Origin: Octopus bimaculoides
Lineage: Eukaryota
Direction: 5' to 3'
Length of the DNA: 39,925 nucleotides
Assembly: GCF_001194135.2 (NCBI RefSeq)
Contig: NC_068981.1
Location: forward strand, 185,742,218-185,782,142
In this document: positions 13,050-25,709 of the stretch, in pieces
Position numbering within the stretch: position 1 is the first letter of the stretch
Layout: each line of letters starts with the position of its first letter
Program-made: the position numbers and the translations under genes
Notes under the pieces: model-generated
What the model saw: the letters and a program-made list of their open reading frames with translations, nothing else
What the model was told of the DNA's origin: nothing
The model's database searches: none

Positions 13050-13390
13050 TGGCTCTTTACGTTCTGAGCTTAAATTCTAACATCGACTTTGTCATTCATC
13101 ATTTGGTGGCCGATAAAATAAATATTTGATGAGCCGTCAAAAACTGGCCACCCTGTGCCAAAATTCGAAGTTATTATTATTAATATTGCTACTACTAATA
13201 AGGCGACGAGCCGGCAGTATTACTACTGCGCCAGTCAAAATTTTGTACGCTCCGTGTTTAAATGACACTGAGGTAAGTATGTCTTCCACCCATTCCAAGT
13301 CGATAAAATAGACACCAGCTGAACACTGGGGTTGATGTTACCAGGATTCCAGCTCGCCGAAAATTTAAGGCCTTGCTCCTATAGAAGGCA
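13050..13390 (+). mobile_element. Two strongly diverged SINE family B relics
   Basis: TACGTTCTGAGCTTAAATTC..TCGACTTTGTCATTCATC..CGATAAAATAA and GTCGATAAAATAGACACCAGCTGAACACTGGGGTTGATG. Confidence 0.55.
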
Positions 13391-13829
13391 TGGTTTTTGT
13401 TGAAACAAATGGTAATTCCTTTTTATGACGAAATGAATTCTAAATGGGGTGATGAAACCAAATTAACGAATTCACCAATTATCGTAAGTCCTGGGATGTA
13501 TGAAAGAAACAAAATCATATCTGAAGGTGGTTATACAATGACAGTCTCAGAAGGCTAAGAAATGGATAAACAATTTATTTGTATGGGCACTGGTGGTTTG
13601 AGGAAACCAAGATCGTTCGTAAACATGCTTCATAAACATAATAGCTAAGATCCAACAAAGAAAGGTAGCGCAGGTTGATTATATGAAAGAAAATATATAC
13701 GAGCTACAGAGAAGATAAGCTCCTTGTGTGTGTGGTACTAAAACCATACAAAAAATATACTGAACTTACAGTTAGCAGGTGAAAAGGTAACAAACGGATT
13801 AACAAGGGTTTGAATAATCACGTAGCCTA

Positions 13830-14190
13830 GCAATAAATTTCATAATGTGGCTTTATCCAAAATTCCCCTCGAGGTGTTGTCTACATAGCGACGAAAAACA
13901 CGTCTTACATATAGTTCTAGCTAGTTTCTGCCGTTCAAATTTTCGCTCTTTTCCCCGTAGAGATGGCGAATCATGTATATATGCGCAAGACAATACGATT
14001 GGCTTTACACTAGCCACATCACTCATAGATGGAAAACCACCACGCCAAAGGGAAATAGTTCTACTACAAACTCTATAGTGCGAAGGAGTACCGCCTGAAT
14101 GCATATCGCTAATGAATATGTTTTTTCAGTGTTTGTATAGATTTGCCTCAAGGTGAATATGTTTGATCCTCTTGAGGTGAAACTTCCAGC
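13830..14190 (-). mobile_element. Penelope-like RT relic (YVDD type)
   Basis: One minus-strand frame with stops reads LRQIYTNT..CLAHIYMIRHL..VFRRYVDNT, resembling PLE SLYTNI..LANIYM..RYVDDT motifs. Confidence 0.4.
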
Positions 14191-14479
14191 AAGAAACATC
14201 TACTGTAATCTCGACAGAAACCAATGCAAATAGATTTCAGAATGAGTGTAAATGTTGTTTACACCTGCATTTTAATTTTCGAACTGTTGCATCGATATGT
14301 ATCTTATTAGCTTTCTTACCCCATAGATTACGCCGTTTTAAGTCACTTTCATGGTATTGATCTTTGGCATCTAACGTTGTCTATGGACCTTGGTTTTCTC
14401 TGTATAAATTTAGCTCTAGCTTGGTTGGCGGGATTTATTTGCCTTATGTTGCTTGAACACGTTCTTTTTTAAGCTGACC

Positions 14480-14945
14480 TTTAAGAATTGTACCTGATCT
14501 TTATGTTATTCCTGTTGAAAACATTATTATACTTGTGGTCAGTGGTAAAATGTGTGGAAATTAGAGAGATTTTTCATTATATTTGCTAAACAATGAGTGT
14601 AAATGGAATAATCTTTCATGATGGTGAACGGTTCTGGTTGTTTATTATTTCCATTATCTGACTCTGTTCGTGAATTCAAATTTTTCCTTAAATGTACTTA
14701 TTTTATGAGACCGTTGTAGAATCGCGCTTCTTCGTCGAAATGTTTGTTTCCATATATCCTCAATTTTAAAGAGACGATAGGCTACTTATCCTCAAGAATA
14801 CTACTGATCAAAGGCTTGAGAGATTTCATAAAGCACTTAACAGTTTCTTCAAAGAATTTAAGTTTAAAATTACTGTCGAGTGCAATCATCATATAGGCAA
14901 ATATCTTGACATAACCTTCAACTTATCTAATTCAGAACAATGTCT
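14480..14945 (+). mobile_element. Penelope-like RT relic (YRDD type)
   Basis: IIFHDGERFW, then FKRDDRLLILKNTTDQRLERFHKALNSFFKEFKFKITVECNHHIGKYLDITFNLSN (RDD at 14771-14779), matching PLE RT core and thumb motifs. Confidence 0.65.
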
Positions 14946-15059
14946 CTTAAAAATATCGAGAAATGGAAAATTCTAATTTTATTACCACAGCAGCAATTAG
15001 CACATTTCTGCTGGAACTTGTTAAGAATAAAAATGCAAGTGATCGTTTCGAATCTCCTT

Positions 15060-15520
15060 CATCGCCGTGCAAAAGACGACTTATTATTGATTGGCAGATA
15101 TAAGAAAGTATCTGCAAACAGTTTAGCTGCTGAAATGAAAAACGTAGCCATCACATCTTGTTTACGTACATTGGTTCCGCGGTATCTCTGGATGACGCGA
15201 CGCAAGATGTCGATACAATATTATACCAGAGTCCCCTCTATCAATGAATCGAGTGTGCTATGAACACATATTCCTTGTAAAGGAGAAGGTGTTCTGTTGT
15301 GACGAAGGCAACAGCGATTATCATATTTGTGTCCAAAGCAGCCAGAAAGTATGAAGAATAAACATATAAATCCTCGTTTCGAATCACCCTGTTCACTGTG
15401 CACAAAACGATGTATTACTGGTTAATTTATTTTGAAGTAACTGTCCCAGCTCTATTCTCTCAAATTTCAAATGGGGGTCATGTCAACATTACCTTTCATC
15501 CAGTATTGAAAACGATTCTA
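15060..15520 (-). mobile_element. Possible highly decayed CR1/L2-like RT relic
   Basis: Scattered motifs across frames: WMKGNV..TPI, VHSEQG, AFVTTEHLLLYK, KLFADTFLY. Weak. Confidence 0.3.
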
Positions 15521-16648
15521 CTCTTATCCTTTTCCTCTGTAGATTTCATTTATAAGTTATCGAAGAAGATGGGAAGTAACTAGTCATAGAGAGGCGAGGG
15601 ATAGTCTACACCCAGTCTAAAATTGTCCAATACACGCCATATTTCACGACACCGCAAGTAAGTTTGTTTACCAATATATCTTCAATGATCTGGTTTCACA
15701 CATCTTATTTGATTTTGTAGCTTTCCCTTCTACCAGCAACCTATGTTGATCTTCCTATTATACTCATCCATTACAACGCAGCGGATATAAGGAAAATATG
15801 AAAAACGATGGTTTTTCAAAAATCTAGTGAACTGTTTGCTTTATAGTCCCCTTCTAGTCAACGTGTGTCTAGACCGATGGTTAACGTATTTTTCTCAAAG
15901 AAATAACATTATAATACCCTTTACTCTTAACCAGAGGGACTTATAAATTTTCAATGTGGTTCATTTTTTTTATATAGGTATCTTACACTACCACATATAG
16001 TTTCATATAAATTTTGGCGAGTATGAATCAAAGAAAATTATATAACTCTGTTTCTACCCAACATTTTCGATATTTCGTAATGAGCTAGAATGAATGTCCT
16101 CTTGAACGCCTATGTACGTCTAAACGAATTGTTTATTATGCCACAGTGAAAGAAATACAACGTCTACATTTTGCAATTCATGAATTGCATGTTCATTTAT
16201 AAGACCCACTGTGTAGTTTTAATCGAGGAAATTGCAGCTGAATTCAAACTAATTATTCATGTATGTTACAATTCTCTTCGTGCTTCAAGACCAGACTGGC
16301 TGTTGTTACTTTTCGTACTTATTACAATAATTAAATACATACGTATTATGTAGGCGGTGATTTGAAGTTTCGTATGTCGAGAAATTACCAATAAGACAAG
16401 AAATTTCGAAGCTCGCAGATTCTTGCACGTGAGAATTTCATTAAAAATTATAGACATATGACGAGATTTTGAAATTTAGTTATATGAGGCAAGTTAATGA
16501 ATTCGACGCGGTGAAAAAAGAGGTAGGACGTTAATATTTTATTCATGAAGTTGAAAGAGACTTTAAATAGAAGTGACAAAGGAAAAGTGCACTATAAATA
16601 AAAACTTATAAATTGTAGGAATGTCAGAAATGTACAAAGTTTTCTATA

Positions 16649-16650
<2 letters not shown>

Positions 16651-16705
<55 letters not shown>

Positions 16706-16724
16706 CATCATTATTATTATTATT
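16651..16724. repeat. (TAT)n microsatellite
   Basis: Directly visible. Confidence 0.95.
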
Positions 16725-16867
16725 AATTCACAAATGAATGTCATATAATTTTGAAACTTAGAGGTCAAAGAGAGTTGAAAAAGAGAAATCTAAAAGCAGG
16801 AGTGCAACAAGATGGTATAAGTGTTTGTGTCCATGCTGGTTCTAAATACTATTTAAATGTGTATGTA

Positions 16868-17104
16868 CAGTAACCCCTCGCCATATCGTGGTTCACCTAT
16901 CGCGGTTCACCTAACGTGGTTTATTATTTAAGCTTACGTCGATTCCTCTGTTGTGTTGTTTTATATTTATAATAAAATAAATATATATAAATTATAAAAC
17001 TGATAATAAAAATATACAGTACAGTACTGTTATTACTTCGCGGGTTTTCCCTTGTCGCTGGGTTTTTTTGGAACGTAACACTCGCGGTAGTCAAGAGATT
17101 ACTG
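16868..17104. mobile_element. pogo/Tigger-type MITE with TA target-site duplication
   Basis: TA|CAGTAACCCCTCG ... CAAGAGATTACTG|TA terminal inverted repeats, AT-rich interior, 237 bp. Confidence 0.75.
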
Positions 17105-17115
17105 TATATATACGT

Positions 17116-17118
<3 letters not shown>

Positions 17119-17192
<74 letters not shown>
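17119..17192. repeat. (TG)n microsatellite
   Basis: Directly visible, adjacent to the MITE. Confidence 0.95.
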
Positions 17193-17194
<2 letters not shown>

Positions 17195-17640
17195 GTTCGG
17201 AAAGGTTTCATCGAATTTTTAGAATGGTGAACTCACTATTTTCTTCTAATTATTAGGATTTTGCCAAGGCTAACTTCCTAAATACAAAATATAATGTGCC
17301 TTGAATGTCACAACAATACACTATGATATCAACAATGGACTATAGTAACTGTTATAATTTAATCATCCATAGTCTGATGTAATATTTCGGAATATAAAAA
17401 TTCCTTCTTCAGATATCCCTAGGAATTGATAGACTCAAAGTGTACACCAAATAATTGGAAAGAATCAAAACATTAGAATTGTGAGCTTAAATATTTGATT
17501 ACAGCTTCGTGAGACCTATGAAATTACATAAAACACAATATAGAAAATGTAAATTCAATATACGAATGAGCTGAGTATATATACATATATTATGTGAGTG
17601 CGTGCGTGTATGTACATGTGTGTGTATACATGTAAAGACA

Positions 17641-17641
17641 T

Positions 17642-17691
<50 letters not shown>

Positions 17692-17710
17692 GGAGAGAGN
17701 NNNNNNNNNN

Positions 17711-17742
<32 letters not shown>

Positions 17743-17752
17743 GAGAGAGAGA
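17641..17752. repeat. (TA)(TG)(GA) compound microsatellite with gap 17700-17710
   Basis: Directly visible. Confidence 0.9.
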
Positions 17753-18731
17753 GAATGTATGTGTCCAATAGAAATACGTGAATGTGAAGAAACCACCCTG
17801 ATGGTGCATAGAACACTCTCCAAATGATAAAAGAGGGGTGGACTTAGCCTGGCTGAAAGTGAGCTTGACAGACCGTGTTTCATGAGCACTTCACTGACCA
17901 GGAGCCTACAATCGTACTAATGGAAGCTTTCTCATGCCATACCATCCTTGCAGAGTTCGAACGCCAGACGTATATGAATGATACTAAATAGCACAATTTA
18001 TTTATTCAGGTCTGACGATAGCTTTCTCTGTATAATATCGTGCGGCTCCAAGTTCTTACATTCTCCACAAGTTGTGTTGCAATAGGGAAACTACGTCGTC
18101 TTAATAGTAACATATTTTCATATATCGCTTTAAAAATCAACCCATTTAAATGGATTTATTTGTTCAATATATATCTTTATTCCACATCTGGTTTTTCATC
18201 AATATCTTTGCTATATCCTATACGTTCTTGAGGAAATCAACGTGAATATAATATATTTACATACGAATATTAAAGAATGAGGAAAATAATTCGAAAAGCT
18301 AAGTTTTTTTTTCTTGATTACATCAATAAAATATATGGGTAATATTAGTTTTGAATAGAGCGAAATATGTTCAAGATAAGGAAGATTTTTAGTATGGATA
18401 CATTTAGAATACAGAAAGTTATTTTTATGGGTCTTAAAGAGACAGACGAAACGGATTACAGTTTTGAAAATTCATAGTTTTACTGTTCTAACACTGGTCG
18501 TGAATAAGAAAGCGAGAATATAAGTAAATAGCAGGCCGATATTTAAAATATCAATTTTGAGATATGAAACAGCAATATATCTGTGTTATCTTTTCGATAA
18601 AGAGATTGGTGGTTGCTTTGGTAGTATGTGTTAACTTTTAGATTAAGCAGCAGGAGAAGGATTGGCAATTTGTTTACGGTGACATTAATACCATAGGGTG
18701 AAGCTGCGGATTCCAGTGTAAACACCTTTTT

Positions 18732-19230
18732 TGGCAGAATCATTAGAGCATTGGGTAAAATGCTTCGCTGTGTACGTGCTTTCCAGCCACATGGTTTCGA
18801 GTTCAGTTCGACTACGTGGAACTTTGCTCAAGTGTTTTCTATAGCCTCGGGTTGACCGAGGCCTTGTGAGTTGATTTGGTAGACGGAAACTGAAGGAAAC
18901 TTGACTTAAGTATGTGTTTGTGCGTGTCTGTCCCTTACCATCACTTGACAGACGGTGTTAGTGTGTTTACCACCCCATAGCTAAGAGGTTCGGCAAAAGA
19001 TTTTAAGAGTTTTAAAAGGTTTTTCTTTTAAAGAAGAAGTAGTTGGGTCAATTCGTTCGAGTAAACACCTTTATGTTCGTGCTCCAGCATGGTTGCAGTC
19101 TAATGACTGAACCAAGTCAAAAGTTAAAAGTAAAAAATATTAATTTCAAAACCCCGCCAAGATCAACTTTTCATTTCACCCCTCCGGGATCGATGAAAAT
19201 GATTGCCACTGCGTTGGATCGGCGAAACTG
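18732..19230 (+). mobile_element. SINE family C copy (18777-19124) nested in a decayed family B copy
   Basis: B head GGCAGAATCATTAGAGCATTGGGTAAAATGC at 18732-18770, a C copy lacking its first ~25 nt, then B body CCGCCAAGATCAACTTTTCATTTCACCCCTCCGGGATCGATGAAAAT at about 19150-19230. Confidence 0.7.
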
Positions 19231-19699
19231 ACTGTAAAAAGAGTCGGAGCGGAGCCTTACAGTATTTTTTCCGACTCTTTTCTTTTTAAGTTCGAATGCC
19301 GTCATGGTATATATTAGAGATAGACTAACGCATCACTCAATTTAATAAGATTACCTGGATTATTGGATCTCTTTAACCGATTTCACTCTTGTTACATGTA
19401 TTTAGGCAAAGCCACTTGTATGAGAATATTTCCAACCCACTTTTCCACCAATCTTGGGGCTCTGTCTCTTCTCTTGAGTAGCAGATAAAGGTAAAAGGTC
19501 CATAACACATCTTTCTTAAATAGGTTTGTTTTATTTCTTTTTCCTCTACAACTTTAACTCTAGTATTGACGCTTTGTTAAATAATTCATCGCTGATTGCT
19601 AGCGGGATAAACAATACGAACCGTATTAAGCATAGTGATAAGTCGCTTCTTGCTTCGATGTTTGCGACCAGACAATACAGGTTACAGTGAATTGAATTA

Positions 19700-20230
19700 T
19701 GAATTTAATGTTCGACATTATATACTCTAATTTGAGGGAGGAAAGAACTCCATGATGGAATTCCAGCCAGGCGTCTATTAATATGTTTATTACTCTCTTC
19801 TGCCACACAATAAACTTTGTCTTCTATAATATTGTTTACATTATAAGGCGATGAACTGGCAAAAATATGTGAACACATAGATGATGCAGCCGTCATGATA
19901 CAGTGGACACTCCAACTTAGGCCAATCAACTTACGACTTTTGATACATTTCACCCACACTTTCACAAATTCGCTGACAGAAAACACTTTTCTTTCCACCC
20001 TTATTTTCGTTGCCACATGGAAAATGAAAACTTGACCAAAGAGGATCATGGAGCTTCATTTTTCTTTCATCCTCATCTACATCCACTAATATTCTCGTTC
20101 AGCGTAGCCACTAGAGAGAGAAATTTCTCTCATCCTAAAGGCGAATGAAAGAGAAAACTTCATGACGGACAAGAGTACTGTCCAGATTTATCCTACACAC
20201 AACGACAGCTATCCCAAGCAAATCTGAAAA
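19700..20230 (+). mobile_element. Possible hAT transposase C-terminal relic
   Basis: FFFHPHLHPLIFSFSVATRERNFSHPKGE*KRKLHDGQE (about 20056-20175) resembles the hAT dimerisation motif LPVSVATAERSFS..K......MGQE. The upstream extent is uncertain. Confidence 0.35.
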
Positions 20231-21448
20231 TCAGCAATCTGTACAAGAGCGTGCTCCCCCGTTTCGTCCCCTGACGCGTATCTCGGGCAGCCTTCATAGT
20301 AGCACTTCGCAACTGCAAAGTATATCTCGAACTGGCAGCGCACTGTCGGTACCGCTGCTAGATTAGAGATTCTGTAAATTTATTCTATTAGACTTCGGCT
20401 CGAATACCCTCCAATATATATCAACTAGTTAATCCTCGTCGACGCCTTGAGTTTTCTATGTTCATGAAGTTCGAGATTCAATGCTAAACATTTCATTTCT
20501 TTGTGCGTACGTATTCACTGTATTTAACTACATGATATTACATTAATAATAATAATAATAAGATGGATATGTCTATGTTTGATTGACTAAAAAGAGTCTT
20601 GTTTGACACAACATAGGTCGAGGTGACAAAATAAATGTCTTCAAGCATCTAACCAGAGAGCTGGTATCTAAAAAAGGAAAGAAACGCCTTTCGTAGTTGC
20701 TAAAAAGCTTTTAGTAAAGATAAAGGAAATTAGAAATAATCTATGATCAATTACACGTAGAGAGGACAGTAGACTTACAGACGCATATACCCAGCAAACA
20801 CACATACATATAGGAACACAAACACTGAGTCATGCATTCACACTGATATATATATATATANNNNNNNNNNNNNNNNNNNNNNNNNNNNNNNNNNNNNNNN
20901 NNNNNNNNNNNNNNNNNNNNNNNNNNNNNNNNNNNNNNNNNNNNNNNNNNNNNNNNNNNNNNNNNNNNNNNNNNNNNNNNNNNNNNNNNNNNNNNNNNNN
21001 NNNNNNNNNNNNNNNNNNNNNNNNNNNNNNNNNNNNNNNNNNNNNNNNNNNNNNNNNNNNNNNNNNNNNNNNNNNNNNNNNNNNNNNNNNNNNNNNNNNN
21101 NNNNNNNNNNNNNNNNNNNNNNNNNNNNNNNNNNNNNNNNNNNNNNNNNNNNNNNNNNNNNNNNNNNNNNNNNNNNNNNNNNNNNNNNNNNNNNNNNNNN
21201 NNNNNNNNNNNNNNNNNNNNNNNNNNNNNNNNNNNNNNNNNNNNNNNNNNNNNNNNNNAAGAAAGTGAGTGAGAAAAGATGAGTAGATGAAAATTAGTAA
21301 GAAAGAGAAGAAAAAATATTTCCTTAAATCTTCTTCGCTCTAAACATCTAAAAGTAATGAATAAGGCGGGATAAAGTAAATTGAAAATATTTCAAACTTC
21401 ACTCTAGGCTAAATTTTACAGCAACAACAGTGAAGACGGCAAAATAAA

Positions 21449-21457
21449 ACCCTGACC

Positions 21458-21509
<52 letters not shown>

Positions 21510-21710
21510 GATGATGTTGATGATGATGTTGATGATGACGAAGAAGAAGGTGAAAAAGAAGGTGAAGAAAACGATGATCATGATGATCATGATGAAGAAG
21601 ACAAAGTAGAGTTGTAGTAGTAGTATTGATGGTGGTAGTGGTAGTCGTAATAGTAGTTGTAGCTGCAAGTCTTAATACAAATAATAATAACAGTACTAGT
21701 ACTAATAATT

Positions 21711-21767
<57 letters not shown>

Positions 21768-21779
21768 GTGATAATAATG

Positions 21780-21844
<65 letters not shown>

Positions 21845-22130
21845 TATAATGATAATAATGTTGATGCTGATGATGATGAAACGAAGAAGAGGAATGGGCA
21901 GAAGAAAAACAAGAAGGAAAAAGAAGAAAAGATGAAGAAGGAGTCGAAGCAAATGAATTTGAAGAAGCGAGAGAAAAAGATGATAAATTATGAAAGGGAG
22001 GAAAGAGAGAAGGAGGAAGATGAAGAAGAGAAAGAAGGAAAGAGGGAGAAAAATTGATATAAGATGAAGAGAAAACGAGAAAAAAATAAGCTGATCAACA
22101 ACAACAACAATAATGATAATAACAAAAAGA
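21449..22130. repeat. Long compound trinucleotide low-complexity tract (AAT, GAT, GAA, TAG, TAT, CAA)
   Basis: Directly visible; generates the poly-I/N/L/E/K ORFs. Confidence 0.95.
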
Positions 22131-22654
22131 AGAATAAAATTTTTAAGAGGAAGAAATTGATTTACTTATCTTCATTTCTGAAGTTGAGTTGATAAAAGAC
22201 GCCAGAGGCTATTTAATATATACGTAACAAGTGTTACTCGATAGATGGAGCTACATTCTTGACACTATCATCTGGATGGAATTTATTCCTATAAATACTG
22301 ACAGATCAGAATGGTAAATATGAGGACGTTGAAACATAACGTCTATAAAGGAGACGTGAAAATATTTAAAAATAAATAATTTTATGCATTAATGTAGTGA
22401 AATAGTAAGGCATTGCAGTGTTAGGCCAACCAGGTTGTGACTGGGAATATTCGACAAAATAATATAAGTCAACGATATATTCGTGTGATAAAACCTAAAG
22501 TAGAGACATATTAATATCGAATTCTGTACTATCGATGTTGAAGACTAGGAATAGGTAAGTGTTTAATTTAACGAATACTGAACATTTGATTGCGCGATAT
22601 ATACGAAATAATTTCTGAAGCAAAACATTAATGCCGTATACGCACACTAGATAG

Positions 22655-22730
22655 ATTGTTAGTCGATTACATTGACACTCGTGCTCTGTTTGTACTTATT
22701 TTATCGAACCTGAAACGATGGAAGGCTTCT
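22655..22730 (-). mobile_element. SINE family B body fragment
   Basis: Reverse complement CCTTCCATCGTTTCAGGTTCGATAAAATAAGTAC..GTAATCGACTAA. Confidence 0.55.
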
Positions 22731-23600
22731 CTCTTACGATAGAAACACAACTAAAGTCGATCAACTTCCCAGATGCTATCCTCGACCCGGGTCCGGTATC
22801 GTAGTACCTATATACCATACATGAAAAATGAAGAAAGAATTCGTTATATTCATGAACAAATCAGCCACCACAAAATCATTATCAGAACCTTAGTAAGAAA
22901 CATTTCGCTCAGACTTTCTTCCTCATCTTTAAATGAAGGCATACTCAACTAAATAACAACTCTATATAATGAAGCCCCCAATAATAGCGATTATTCCCCA
23001 ATCGCAAGTACTTCAATCTAATAAACAAACAAAGTCTAAAATTGTCATACTCCACTAGCAACAACGTTGAAAAACCTGTAGCCTATTACAATCACAAAAA
23101 CAATATCTAAAATTGAAGACAAACCACACACAAAACATCAATTTCAATTATAGAACAACTCCATCCTGCTTTCTAGAAGGAAACTGTCTCGTAGAAAATA
23201 TCGTATATCGCAAAGATAACAACAACCATAACACCAACTGTTATATCTACATATATAGGATCTACAGCGAGACGGTCCAAGGTAAAATACAACTAACATA
23301 TGTACACTTTTCGCACCCAAACAGGAAAGGTGATACGTTACTTTCCAAACATATATGCACATTAAAATTAAAAGAGTACTCCGTTTAGCATCAATTGGAA
23401 AATACCCACACGCTCAACCATATCAAGGTAACCGCAAAACCTGCCAACATTGTACTAATGAATCCTACTACATTCTCACATTCATGGACCAATTTCTGAA
23501 CCGAAACTCTGAACTAATCTCTTCTTGTAAAAACAACATATTAAAAACACTAAAACCTTTCAAACCAATATGTTTTCCTAACGGCTAAACATGTAGGTAC
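22723..23600 (+). mobile_element. Penelope-like element 3-prime part (RT thumb, Cys linker, GIY-YIG endonuclease), decayed
   Basis: GFSLTIETQLKSINFPDAILD, YIHEQISH, LRLSSSSLNE, NYRTTPSCFLEGNCLVENIVY, HPNRKGDTLLSKHI, HAQPYQGNRKTCQHCTNESYYIL..LNRNSELISSCK. Confidence 0.85.
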
Positions 23601-23678
23601 CTTATCTCTAACCAAAGTCCCCACATAAGATTTCCAAATTTAACTACACAAATATACATACACACACATAAGAATATA

Positions 23679-24020
23679 AAGTTCACCTCGGAGGAATTTG
23701 AACTCAGAACGTAAAGACAGACAAAATACCACAAAGCATTTCACCCGACGTGCTAACGTTTCTGCTAGCTCGCCGCCTTTCGCCGCCTTCAATAATGATC
23801 AATGTATTCTTTTCTACTCAAGGCACAAGGTCCGAATTTTTTGGGGAAGAGGCCAGTCGATTAGATCGACTCCATTACGCAACTGGTGCTTAATTTATCG
23901 ACCCCGAGCGCATGAAAGGTGAAGTCGACCTCGGGGGAATTTGAACTCAGAACGTAAAGACAGACGAAATATCGCTAAGCATTTCGCCCAGTGTGCTAAC
24001 AACTCTGCCACCTCGCCGTC
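23679..24020 (-). mobile_element. Two SINE family B copies (23679-23778 truncated; 23810-24020 full, tail type 1)
   Basis: GAATTTGAACTCAGAACGTAAAGACAGAC.AAATA..AAGCATTTC appears twice; TTCTACTCAAGGCACAAGG is the reverse complement of the tail. Confidence 0.85.
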
Positions 24021-24356
24021 TTATAATGCTTAACGTATTGAATATGCTGTTACTAATTGAATATTTCATTGCTATAACTGTTATCTTTGATCTTTTACTT
24101 ACTTCAGTTATATATAGCTATCAGCTCGTACTCTAGTATAACCATCTCTGTCGTGACCTGTAAACACATACACATAAATACACGCACTGAAAGAGACGCC
24201 CAAATACACGCACACATAATATGTGTGTGCATGTGTGTTTGTATCTGTGTGCGTGCGTGCATATATGTGTGTGCCATATCGATTCTGGTATTTATTTCAT
24301 TGATCTGTAACATATCAAATACCGAGTGGTTAGGAGTTAATTTTATACACAATTGT

Positions 24357-24410
<54 letters not shown>

Positions 24411-24440
24411 GTATGTATATACATAAACATACACACATGT
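24357..24440. repeat. (CA)n(TA)n microsatellite
   Basis: Directly visible. Confidence 0.9.
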
Positions 24441-25678
24441 ATATATGTTGTATTAAATTGTTGCACAGTAACACACAAATATTAATATAAAAAGAGGGGT
24501 TCAGCATAACTTCTATCTGTCAGTTTAAGTCAACCCGCATCTATAGTAGAAGTCATTTGTCTTAAATATACCCTAATGGGTTCGAACATGAAGCTTAGTG
24601 ATTGCAAACAAAACTGTTTATCAATAAAACGTGTGATCAAATTATTGTCAAAATGTCGATTGAATTGCCGATCGAAAACCAAACCTCAAACTATAAAATA
24701 AAATGAACAGAAATTATAAATTTTCAGTAGTAGATTCTCAATTTCATATGTTCCGCGATTTTGTTTCAAGCAATATTAGATTTAATATTCATAGCTGTCA
24801 ACATATCTCTTGCAATTCATAGATGTGAACTTCCGAAATACCGTTATACCTCAGCTAATCTATACAACATTATTTACATGAAGTAGTCAATTAGAATCCA
24901 CCATATTCGATATTTCCATGCGATAAAGCGGATATTGTTCATTCTACTTTAAGGCAATTTAGAAACGATACAGATAAAAATTTTTGTACGTGACACACAT
25001 AACAACATCATAAATATAATTAGGTCAAACAAATTTACATCCGAAAATATTTGCATGCATATTGATATTGCTTCTAAATATCTCACATAAATTGTAATTA
25101 CTGAATTCAACCATCGTAGAATACAATGTAGTGACTTGTGTGCCGCAATGACAGCGGGATCTATGCAAAGGGGGTTATATGTTCCTCATAGATCCTCTCG
25201 TTCTGGAGAGATCAAAGGAGTCGAGACAAATATGAAACTTTTTGATGCTGGTCCATTTCTGAAAAGGAATACCGAGGTTTCTATTGCATGCATGCATGCA
25301 TACATACATACATACATACATACATACATACATNNNNNNNNNNNNNNNNNNNNNNNNNNNNNNNNNNNNNNNNNNNNNNNNNNNNNNNNNNNNNNNNNNN
25401 NNNNNNNNNNNNNNNNNNNNNNNNNNNNNNNNNNNNNNNNNNNNNNNNNNNNNNNNNNNNNNNNNNNNNNNNNNNNNNNNNNNNNNNNNNNNNNNNNNNN
25501 NNNNNNNNNNNNNNNNNNNNNNNNNNNNNNNNNNNNNNNNNNNNNNNNNNNNNNNNNNNNNNNNNNNNNNNNNNNNNNNNNNNNNNNNNNNNNNNNNNNN
25601 NNNNNNNNNNNNNNNNNNNNNNNNNNNNNNNNNNNNNNNNNNNNNNNNNNNNNNNNNNNNNNNNNNNNNNNNNNNNNN

Positions 25679-25709
<31 letters not shown>

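Noticed and set aside
13480-13750. Possible RTE 3-prime end relic
   Set aside because: Only vague resemblance after several assumed frameshifts.
20335-20361. GCAGCG/CGCTGC hairpin followed by CTAG as a Helitron 3-prime end
   Set aside because: The hairpin overlaps CTAG instead of lying about 10 nt upstream, and the next base is A, not T.
21626-22057. 143-aa I/N/K/E-rich ORF
   Set aside because: Trinucleotide low-complexity sequence with no coding evidence.
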